A stretch of 64,000 bases of DNA from Zygnema circumcarinatum SAG 698-1b (lineage: Eukaryota; Plantae; Zygnematophyceae), in contig CM074814.1 in the NCBI GenBank assembly GCA_037447605.1, positions 1,116,001 to 1,180,000 of the forward strand. Reading direction: 5' to 3'. Positions 35,127 to 45,633 of this stretch are shown here, in pieces. Both the position numbers and the translations under genes were made by a program. Each line of letters begins with the position of its first letter. Position 1 is the stretch's first letter. Below the pieces are notes generated by a model, which was given only the letters and a program-made list of their open reading frames with translations, did not search any database and was not told the DNA's origin.

Positions 35127-38100
35127 TTAAGTTTCATTATTTATGTCGCACATGCATTCCATGGGATAACAAAATCCAACTCCCGGGTTTATTTTTTCCC
35201 GCCTGCATCCCGACACCCCGTACTCCGCTCGATAGGCTGCTAGCGCCGACCTGAAAATTTCCATGTCTACAACCTCTCCTTGAAAATAGGGCGAAAAAAC
35301 TTGCGGCTCAGTCACAAGTGTTTCCTATCTCCCCGACATCACCCGCACAAACAGGAAAAAAAAAAGTCAATCTATTTATTTTCTGTTTCCAAGTGCAGAA
35401 GTTCAAATGTTTGGCAGACTGTCACATAAAGACGGATGATGTCATGAGATTGCTCCGCTCGCGACACCATGCGACGTGATGTCATGCTGCAGAGTGATGT
35501 GATGTAAAGAGGGGTGATAAAATTTCGGGCATGATGTCATTCCCTTCAGCGCACCATCGCCGTTTGAAGGCATGGCATGGATGTGCTTTAAAAAGATTAT
35601 GTTTTGGGTATGTAGTAGTAGCGAACGTACTTTCTTAAAGCCGTGAACGTAGATGCGCTCTCCCTCCACCACGTGGCCCCAGTTGCTCCGTCCGTCCGTC
35701 AGCACCAGCAGGTCACTGCAGCGACAACCCTAAACCTCAGCTCGCCATGCAGAAGGAGTACCTCGCAACAACTCAAAAAACATGGAAACAATACCCGTTC
35801 TAAATGCTGAAGCAAGGAACCCGACATAGCGTACGGCTTTCAGGTCGTCATCGCTTTTGGGGGCTACGGTGACTTTTAAGGATTTGACGATGTTTGAGAC
35901 TTTCGAGGGTTTTCATGAGGTGAAGGTATAACGTTATCGGTAAGCATGTAAGCTTTAGGAGAAAAGAGAGAAGAGAAAAACGGAGACAAGGACGAGAGAG
36001 GGAGATGGAGAGGCGGGGGAGTGAGCGAGGGTCTCAAAAAGAGAAGAGAGAGCATGCAAAGGAAGAGAGAGAAAGCAAGCCAAGGAAGAGAGAGAGGGCG
36101 AAAACACGCATAGGGAGGGAGGGAGAGAGGGAGAGGGAGAGGGAGAGGGAGAGGGAGAGGGAGANNNNNNNNNNGGGAGAGGGAGAGGGAGGGAGATTTG
36201 CACCTATTCACAGCGACAATATGGTCGATGATAGCCCCGTACTTCACCAAGATATTCGACCTACCCAGAAGCGCCTCTTTGTTTGTGACCTGCCCCGGAA
36301 ACGCGGCGAGCAGCGGAGCGAGAGCGGCAGCTCCGCCGGCGACGGTGCCGCCCGCGAGGTAGATCGGGACGGAGGGGTCGATGCCGATGACCTGGGGAGG
36401 GCCTCGCTCCCACATGCGTAGGGGCAAGAGACAGGAGACGGAGAGGAAGAGTGGGGAAGGGAGTGGGGAGGAGGGGGGGGGGAAGGAGGGAGGGAGAGCG
36501 GGGGGAGAGATTGGGAGCGACGGGGGAAGTACATAAAAAGGGAGAGTGCAGGGAGAGTGAGAACGAGGACGTGGGGATGGAGGGCGAGGGGTCGGGAGGG
36601 ATGGAGAGAGAAGGGGAGGCAAATAAAGAGAGGGAAGGGTAGGGGGAGAGAGAAAGGAAGGGGAGAGATGGAGAGGCAGGTGGGAAGTAGATAAGGAGGC
36701 GAGAGGGAGGGAAGAGTGAGGCGGAGAAGGGGAGAGATGAGGAAAGAGAGGGGTGAGACAGGGTGTGACCAAGAGGGAGCGAGAATGTAGAGAGAAGGGG
36801 AGGTAGATAAGGAGGGAGGGAGAGGAGATGGAGAGGGGGGAAGGGAGGGAGTGACCGGAGAGGAAGGATAAGGAGAACGACGACAAGGATGCAGAGGAGA
36901 GGAAAGAAAGAGGGAAAGAAGAGAGCTAGGAGGAGAGAGGGGCGACGGAATAGCAATGCAAATAGGAGAGCAAACGAGGGAGGAAAGAGAGTACGAGAGA
37001 AGGAGTGGGGGGAGAAGAGAGGGCGAGTGGGAGATGTATGACATGTGCATAATATATACAAATACAAATGGGTTGCAAATGGGATGTAAGGAAGGTCCAC
37101 CTTCAATATCACGGAAATCTCCAGCGGACTTAAGGGGCAAAAATGGGATGTTTCTCCATTGTTAGAATGCGCCTTTAATGATTTCTCGTCATATGTGCAG
37201 CCTAATGAGACGAAACCCGGTTAGAGTTAAACCCTTTCGTAACCAATTAGGCAAAAGAAAAAGCATAGTTCGAAAGACGTCTACATCCATATGTTGTAAG
37301 CAACATTTTTGGAAGGGAGTTATTTTTTTCTCTGTTATCAGTGTGTGTGTGTGCATGTGAGAGTGATAAGTTGAGAGAGAGGAGAGAGGAAGGACAAATT
37401 TTGCTTGTGAAAGAGAGAGAGGAGGGGAGTTGAGAGATAGGGTCAGATGGGGGGAGAGAGGGGGCCGGAGAGAGGCCAGACGAGGGAGGAAGACAGAAAG
37501 AGTGGGAGAGAGCACGACCTACAGAATGGGGGAGGAACGAAAGCTACAGTGGGAAAGCAAGAAATAGAGGTAGTGATAGAGAGAGAGAGAGAGTGGGAGG
37601 GAGATAGAGATGTAGAAAAAGTGTGAGAGAGAGAGAGACTCACNNNNNNNNNNAGGGAGAGGGAGAGGGAGAGGGAGAGGGAGGGAGATTTGCACCTATT
37701 CACAGCGACAATATGGTCGATGATAGCCCCGTACTTCACCAAGATATTCGACCTACCCAGAAGCGCCTCTTTGTTTGTGACCTGCCCCGGAAACGCGGCG
37801 AGCAGCGGAGCGAGAGCGGCAGCTCCGCCGGCGACGGTGCCGCCCGCGAGGTAGATCGGGACGGAGGGGTCGATGCCGATGACCTGGGGAGGGCCTCGCT
37901 CCCACATGCGTAGGGGCAAGAGACAGGAGACGGAGAGGAAGAGTGGGGAAGGGAGTGGGGAGGAGGGGGGGGGGAAGGAGGGAGGGAGAGCGGGGGGAGA
38001 GATTGGGAGCGACGGGGGAAGTACATAAAAAGGGAGAGTGCAGGGAGAGTGAGAACGAGGACGTGGGGATGGAGGGCGAGGGGTCGGGAGGGATGGAGAG

Positions 38101-41100
38101 AGAAGGGGAGGCAAATAAAGAGAGGGAAGGGTAGGGGGAGAGAGAAAGGAAGGGGAGAGATGGAGAGGCAGGTGGGAAGTAGATAAGGAGGCGAGAGGGA
38201 GGGAAGAGTGAGGCGGAGAAGGGGAGAGATGAGGAAAGAGAGGGGTGAGACAGGGTGTGACCAAGAGGGAGCGAGAATGTAGAGAGAAGGGGAGGTAGAT
38301 AAGGAGGGAGGGAGAGGAGATGGAGAGGGGGGAAGGGAGGGAGTGACCGGAGAGGAAGGATAAGGAGAACGACGACAAGGATGCAGAGGAGAGGAAAGAA
38401 AGAGGGAAAGAAGAGAGCTAGGAGGAGAGAGGGGCGACGGAATAGCAATGCAAATAGGAGAGCAAACGAGGGAGGAAAGAGAGTACGAGAGAAGGAGTGG
38501 GGGGAGAAGAGAGGGCGAGTGGGAGATGTATGACATGTGCATAATATATACAAATACAAATGGGTTGCAAATGGGATGTAAGGAAGGTCCACCTTCAATA
38601 TCACGGAAATCTCCAGCGGACTTAAGGGGCAAAAATGGGATGTTTCTCCATTGTTAGAATGCGCCTTTAATGATTTCTCGTCATATGTGCAGCCTAATGA
38701 GACGAAACCCGGTTAGAGTTAAACCCTTTCGTAACCAATTAGGCAAAAGAAAAAGCATAGTTCGAAAGACGTCTACATCCATATGTTGTAAGCAACATTT
38801 TTGGAAGGGAGTTATTTTTTTCTCTGTTATCAGTGTGTGTGTGTGCATGTGAGAGTGATAAGTTGAGAGAGAGGAGAGAGGAAGGACAAATTTTGCTTGT
38901 GAAAGAGAGAGAGGAGGGGAGTTGAGAGATAGGGTCAGATGGGGGGAGAGAGGGGGCCGGAGAGAGGCCAGACGAGGGAGGAAGACAGAAAGAGTGGGAG
39001 AGAGCACGACCTACAGAATGGGGGAGGAACGAAAGCTACAGTGGGAAAGCAAGAAATAGAGGTAGTGATAGAGAGAGAGAGAGAGTGGGAGGGAGATAGA
39101 GATGTAGAAAAAGTGTGAGAGAGAGAGAGACTCACGGCTATATTTGAGCCAGTCAGGCTCGAACCGCATGTGCACCGCCACATAGGTCCCATTCTGTTGT
39201 AATTTTTTTATCACTGCTGATCCCACGCTGCTCCCCATGCAGTTGACAAATCCAATTAATAGAACTACATGTAAATGGCCATTTACAATGAACTCGGCAA
39301 ACTGAACGCTTCGAAGCTGAATTGAAAATGGTTTTGGGGAATAAAAGTGGAAGTTCGATCGTTTTCCTCTCCTCCCTCTCTCGCTCTCTCTGTTCCTCCC
39401 AATCCTTCTCTCTTCCTCTCCCCATAACACACTCTCTTTCTCCCTCGCTCTCTTTGATTCATTCTCTCATGCGACCCCTGCTATTTAACCGTCTCACTCC
39501 TTTATATCTCTCATTCGCTCTCTCTCTCACTTTCTCTTTCATATTTCTCCATATCTCTCTGCTCCTACACTTACTCGACCTCCTACTCCTCTCTCCCTCT
39601 CCCTCTCCTTCTCTGGGATGCGAGGAGTGGTTGTGCTCACTCTTGAATACGGGGGAGAAACCGGAGAGCGTGATAGTTTGCTCGGCAGCGTAACCGCTAA
39701 TAGCAAAAACAAGCCCCAGTCGGAACGCCAAAATGGGACAGAGAGGAAGAGACAGAAAGCAAGAAAGAGAGAGAGAGAGGAAAAGGGAGAGAACGAGAGG
39801 AAGAGAGAAAGGAGTGAAGTGGTAGAGAGAAACATGCGATGGAAAAAGGGATGAGGGAGAGGAGAGCAAAGGGGAGAGAGGGCTAGTGAGCGAAAGAGGA
39901 ATAAAGGCGATGGAAATAAAAGAAACCTAAAAAATAACACACAACAAGCCTAAAAAAAAAAAAGCCGCAAATTTTGAAATCAAAACCGAAAAATAAAAAC
40001 CCTCCACTTTGCGGTTTGACAGCGCTTACTTGAAGGTCCGCAGGGAGATTTTCGACCAATTGCACGTGCCACCTTATTACGCAGACAGAGCCTTCTCGAA
40101 TCAAAAGTGGGAGAATTTCTTGAGTTATTACTTCTATGGTCAAATAATTCGCAGATTCGTGGATGAGGGAGGAGTTCACACATTTGGGTTTCACATTGGA
40201 AGGAAGAGCTCTGAAACGACAATTCTCTGATTCGCAATATGAGTGGTATAGAAAGAGAGTACGAGAAAGAGAGAGGGAGAAAGGAAGAGCAAGAGAGGGA
40301 GAGAGGGTTAGGGGGAGGGAGCTGGGGATAAGAGGGAGGGCGAGCGTTGGAGAGGGACAGAGGAAGAAGGGAGTGAAGGGGGAAGGAGCTGGAGGAAGTG
40401 AGGTGTAGTAGTGATAGGAGAGAAGATGAGAGGGAGAGGGAGAGGGAAAAAGAGAGTGGGGAGAAAGAGCGTAGGTAACGAACAGTACAGGCATTCGGAC
40501 TTGTGTTGAATGTCACCTTACAATCTCCACATCTTCTTTGAGAGATTTGATGAACCAAGGAATGTCAAATACATTATCCATCTTCCTGCACACAAGCCAA
40601 ACAAACTAATTCACCGAATTAAAATCGAACTCGAAATCAACCCTCAAACCCCTAACAAACTTTCACACTCCCTCCCTCTGTCCCCCCTCCAGTCTCTCTC
40701 TCCATCTCTCTTTCACCTCTCGTCTCTCATCTCATCTCATCGTTTTCCCTCTCTCTTGCTCTCTGTCCCTCTCTTCGCGGACGAGAGAGTGAGAGAGACT
40801 CCCATGTGTGATGTTAACCAACTAACGCAAGATTGAAAGTAGCCACAACATGCTCCTCAAACAACAAGCTCCAATTTTCCATCGACTCAAGTTGTCCCAT
40901 GACAATGTTTAGGCCTTCTGCAGCTCCCAAAGTTCACTTTCAGCCTCCTCGTGTCCCTTTTCTAAATCCTTCCCTCCCATGTCCTTCCGTTTCTCCTCTC
41001 ATGCTGCACAAAGGACTGCATTTGTTGGGCATGAAAGCTTCGCACGTGGCCACTTTCCACACTTCGTGCTCCTCCATGGCGGGGATGACGAGCGTTGCGT

Positions 41101-41908
41101 TGAGAAGGCGCGCCAACACAACAGCGTTGACGATGCCCTTTCTCTGTTGGTTGAAGCCGCCGCGAACTGTAACCGTCAAGTAGCCGTTGCTGCGCTCCGG
41201 ACCTGACAACGGAACGGGACAGCGAGCAACACCCCAGAACGGAATTAGGGTTTCCATGCAGCGCCAGAAGCAGAGGGCAGGCAGCATTGTTCGACCAAGC
41301 AGAGGACGTCATCAAAAGTGCGAAGGGATGGAGCGAATTGATTGATTTGAAGAGTATGCGTTTTATATGCTTTGAGGAATTCAGATTCTGAAACTGTTTG
41401 TGCCGAAGCAACGAATGGTGAACTAAGAAACGGAATGAAAGGTGTGGATCTGAGAAGTGTTGCAGTGAACTGTGTCATGCGTTACTGGAGGTACTACTCT
41501 GAACCAGTGACTTTATTTTTATTTTTTGTCTTATGTATGTTGTGCTGAAAGAGGGCTTAGCCTCCCCTCAGCAAAAATCCTGGATCCGCCACTGCCCTGA
41601 AAACCCGCCAGAGTGCTACGTGCTATTCATGGTTTAGGATTTAGGATCAAAGGTTCAACTGTTCAGAGCTGCGCAGGCTTACTCGAGAGATCGGCCTCGC
41701 GCCTCACATCGCTGCAAGGCACAAACTCGCTCGCGTTCGATCGCGGCAGCAGAACGCGCGGGCTGTACGGCTCCGCAGCCCGGCACGCGGCGCGCCTCAG
41801 GAAGCACGGCGGGCCGTGGGAGGAGAGCGCGGCCATGGAGAGGGCTGTCAAGCACACAGCGAGGAGGAGGCCGAGGGGCCGCGCCATGGCGGCCATAATA
41901 TCCGCCAT
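35127..41908 (-). CDS. GT106/O-fucosyltransferase-family glycosyltransferase, copy C
   Basis: Same 10-exon series, starting [20 protein letters not shown].. and ending ..[16 protein letters not shown]. Exons 7-8 appear twice around N gaps. Confidence 0.75.
36175..39135. repeat. Near-exact tandem duplication of about 1.49 kb (exons 7-8 of copy C); N gaps at 36165-36174 and 37644-37653
   Basis: ORF pairs repeat at an offset of 1492 (36244/37736, 36261/37753, 37178/38670); probable scaffolding artefact. Confidence 0.85.
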
Positions 41909-42176
41909 GGCTGCGGCTCCGGCCCTTCCACGGCCTTCCTTCCCTGCCTCCTTTGTCCGCCCTTCCAAGCTACCCCTCCGCCCGCCTTCCTTCAGGGATA
42001 TACGGTTGTGCATCAGAACGCAGTGTCGTTTCAGAATTGGAATTTTAATCAAGCATCCTAAAAGCCAGGCCGTTTTAATAAACACTTTTAGAACGGTCGG
42101 ACTATCGTACGAATGTACGGTTGTTCGGCTAAACTGTACGGTCACCGCCAGGGCAATTCAAGTTGGGAAAATTCTA

Positions 42177-43125
42177 GGGTCGTGATATTTCCACCCCTTT
42201 TTTGGATCCAAACACCCCTTCCCGGCCGGGCAGATTTCAAAAAGGATTAAAAACGGAAAATGCATTTTTCACACCTTTTTGGAATCGATACCCACTAGCA
42301 CGGCACGGCACGGCACGGCAGATTTTATTTTTGCGAAACAAGGAAAATGATAACCCGTCACCCCATTTTGAATATCCCGCCTACCTGAATTTTTTTTCAC
42401 GCGTGCGGTCATCGCAGCCGTCGATTCCCTCGCAGATCGCAACACGGCAGATCAGTATTTGATCTGCAGCCGGGCTCGGTCACAGCGAATGGCAAGTGCC
42501 CACGTATCCCGCCAAACTCGTCTCAAAAGTTTGTTCGTACAAATGTCGTACGGTCGCAACTTGAGGAACCCAGAATTTGGTACATTGAGAGCTTGGGCCA
42601 ATCAAAATTTTCCACGTCAAAAATTTAGCACGTGGCATATTTTGATTGGCTGGGAACTAACAATGACGAGATCTCGGGCCGAGGGACGCGCGCACTCGTA
42701 CGTGCGATCCGACTCGTGGGCGCTTTCCATTGGCTGAGATCGAGCCCGGCTGCAGATCGAACGGTGACCTGCAGTGGTGCGATCTGCGAGGGAATCGACA
42801 GATGCGATTGACACGCACGTGTGAAGGACGGACACCCGCGAGCGATCTCGTGGCGGACGGATCTTCCGCTTCGAGCGGATTCGGGCAGGCAGATATTTCT
42901 TTCCCTCAAAAAAAAAATTCATGGAGGCGGGATACAGTATTCAAAATGCAGTGACGGGGTAACATTTTCCTTGGTTAGCAAAAATAAAATCAGCCGACGG
43001 AAGAAGGTGGGTATCGATTCCAAAAAGTTGTGAAAAAAGCATTTTCCGTTTTTAATTCCTTTTGAAATCTGCCCGGCCGGGAAGGGGTGTTGGGATCCAA
43101 AAAAGGGGTGGAAATATCACTACCC
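42177..43125. mobile_element. 949-bp non-autonomous foldback DNA transposon (MULE-like or Merlin-like): long TIRs GGGTCGTGATATTTCCACCCC.. / ..GGGGTGGAAATATCACTACCC, 8-bp TSD AAATTCTA
   Basis: The arms pair over more than 200 bp, with further inner inverted pairs (gtcgattccctcgcagatcgca / tgcgatctgcgagggaatcgac; gatctgcagccgggctcg / cgagcccggctgcagatc). TSD at 42169-42176 and 43126-43133. Not present upstream of copy B. Confidence 0.9.
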
Positions 43126-43159
43126 AAATTCTATTCTCACACCTTTATTGTCTACACAC

Positions 43160-43355
43160 GGGTAGTGTTATTTCCACCCCTTTTTTGGATCAAAACACTC
43201 CTTCCCGGCCGGGCAGATGTAAAAAAGGATTAAAAACGGAAAATGCTTTTTTCACTCCTTTTTGGAATCGATACACACGTTTTCCGTCGGGCAGATTTTA
43301 TTTTTGCGAAACATGGAAATCGATATCCCGTTACCCCATTTTTCTGTGTTGCATC
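43160..43355 (+). mobile_element. Third, solo copy of the foldback element's left TIR
   Basis: gggtagtgttatttccacccc..cccggccgggcagat..ggattaaaaacggaaaatgc..ggaatcgatac matches 42177-42370. Confidence 0.85.
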
Positions 43356-43366
43356 CCCGGCCTTTT

Positions 43367-45040
43367 TGGGTAGTTGGGCTCTTATTATTGCTCCGGTTTT
43401 AGCTTCGCGTTTCCTTGTGGATGATCGTCCGTTGCTTCAGTCCGTTGTTGCTCATGTTGATGATGGTCATCATCCATTCCAGGTTGCTTTGCGTGTTACT
43501 CATGGTTTGCTCCCTTCTAGTGCCCAAGCCCGTGTTCCCCTTTTCGCTTCCCTAGTTGTTGAGTCTGTTTCGCGCGTCCAGGCTGTCGTGACAAAGGAGG
43601 TTGTTGCTGCTGAGTTTTCTACCTTTATTGCGGCTCTCCCTTCCGATGTTGCGCGTGCTCGGTCGCAGTCTTGTGCCGGTCCTGGTGCAGGGGCGTTGTT
43701 GGCTGCCACCCCGATTTTTTCCACACTTCGACTCTCTCCGAGCCAGTTTCAGCTCGCCGCATGTCTTTGTCTCGGGCTCCCCTATCCCCCTTTGCAGGCT
43801 CCCCCCTTTGTGGTTGTGGTCGTTCGATTGATGTGCAGGGTGTTCACCTTCTTCGTTATGTGCGCGGTGGTGAACGCATTTTGGCTCACAATGTTGTTTG
43901 CGATGCGATTGCCACAGTGGCCTAAGAGGCAAATTTCTTGTGCAACGCGAACCGACCTATGTTATTCCACCTCGGCCGACTACGCATGGCGAGCATGGAG
44001 TGCGTCCCGACCTTGCTCTTTTAGACAGTGCTCGGCGTATCTTTGGGGATATTGTATTGGCCGATCCAACATGTCGCGCCCTATTATCCCGTGCTGTGCA
44101 CCATGAGGGCGTGGCGGCCCGGGACGCGACCCTCCTTGCCGCCACGACACGACCCTCCGCAAGGACCGCGCGTATACTCACCGCGATTCTGCTGATGAGT
44201 TTATTTCGTTAGATGTCGAGATTTTTGGTTGCCTCAATGCTCGGTTGGATGTCTTCCTTCGCAGCGATCCTCGCAACATTTTATTGACAGCGTATTTCCA
44301 TCGCTTTGCAGCGTTGCCTTGCTTCCACCATTCTTCGGCGTGCAGCAGTTATTGGGACCCGTCCCGGTGATCTCCCGCCCCTTCTTGCTCGTGTTGCGCC
44401 GCATATCGGCGCCGCATATCGGCGACCTTCACGGCTGCTTCTAGTACCGTATTGTTGAGCCTAGACTGCTTCTAGTACCGTATTGTTGAGCCTAGACTGC
44501 TTCTAGTACCGTGTTGTTGAGCCTAGACTGCTTCTAGTACCGTATTGTTGAGCCTAGACTGCTTCTAGTACCGTATTGTCGAGCCTAGACTGCTTCTAGT
44601 ACCGTGTTGTTGAGCCTAGACTGCTTCTAGTACCGTGTTGTTGAGCCTAGACTGCTTCTAGTACCGTATTGTTGAGCCTAGACTGCCGTATTGTTGAGCC
44701 TAGACTGCTTCTAGTACCGTATTGTTGAGCCTAGACTGCTTCTAGTACCGTGTTGTTGAGCCTAGACTGCTTCTAGTACCGTATTGTTGAGCCTAGACTG
44801 CTTCTAGTACCGTATTGTTGAGCCTAGACTGCTTCTAGTACCGTATTGTTGAGCCTAGACTGCTTCTAGTACCGTGTTGTTGAGCCTAGACTGCTTCTAG
44901 TACCGTGTTGTTGAGCCTAAAAGTAGATTTTCGTTTCGAGGCTTTTTCTTTGTCCTTATGTCCGGTGTGCCCGCTTCCTCTGGTTCCCTATGTCGATTTT
45001 ATCCATGTACATTTGATGGCCTTGCCATAGTGAGTTCAAT
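43367..45040 (+). mobile_element. 5'-truncated, decayed RLE-type (CRE-like) non-LTR retrotransposon
   Basis: GSWALIIAPVLASRF, ARARSQSCAGPGAGALLAATP..LRLSPSQFQLAACLCLGLP, CGCGRSIDVQGVHLLR (zinc-knuckle-like), ERILAHNVV, GVRPDL..GDIVLADPT, EFISLDVEIFGCL, QRISIALQRCLASTILRR; frameshifts and stops; same 3' end motif at 44983-45040. Confidence 0.8.
44434..44918. repeat. 31-bp tandem array (ctgcttctagtaccgtattgttgagcctaga), about 16 units
   Basis: Near-identical head-to-tail units, A/G polymorphism (gtatt/gtgtt), one unit with a 9-bp deletion, no spacers. Confidence 0.95.
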
Positions 45041-45633
45041 CAAACATCCTGTGAGGGAACGCCCTTAGATATTAGAACGTTCTAATTCTGAAACCATTGA
45101 CAACGGTTGGCAACAGTTGATCCAATGGTTGATCCAATTGCCTGACCTTCGCAATTTTGCCCTGCGTAAGGAACGGTTGTTGTGCCATCAAACCCAGAAG
45201 TATTTTCGAACATGAACCCAAAGAATATGAAGGGCCGCCCGCCGTCAGCTCCGCTATGACAATTGCCTTTGTTTCAACGGTAGCACATGGAGCAAAAAAC
45301 TGCAAGAGGGGGATGATGGTGAACAGAAGCAGCCTTAAATCAAGTCACTCGTTGCTGTTCAAAGATTATCCCGATCACCTCCACATCCACAATGGAAAAC
45401 TGAAACATACGTTGAAAAGTAAAGGACTTCCATTGCTCCTCAATACACACCCACACATTTGAATGAAGATATCACAGAACTCAACTACTAACCCAGACAG
45501 CAAGCAGCCTACCAATCAAACCCGCTAGCAGAGGTCTGCAGAAAGGACACGTCCAGCCACTCAATGCACAAGTGCCGTAGTCTTCAAAAAAAGGAGGGTC
45601 ATCGCTGCACTGCTCGCCGGGCCTTCTCCCGGA

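Noticed and set aside
22059-39940. Many long Ser/Leu/Pro-rich or Glu/Arg/Gly-rich ORFs (e.g. 22059-22814, 26290-27291, 35876-36886)
   Set aside because: They are translations of stop-poor CT/GA intronic tracts; only short embedded pieces are real exons
44434-44918. CRISPR-like array (31-bp repeats)
   Set aside because: The units are contiguous with no unique spacers, there are no cas genes, and the context is eukaryotic; the unit derives from the retroelement end
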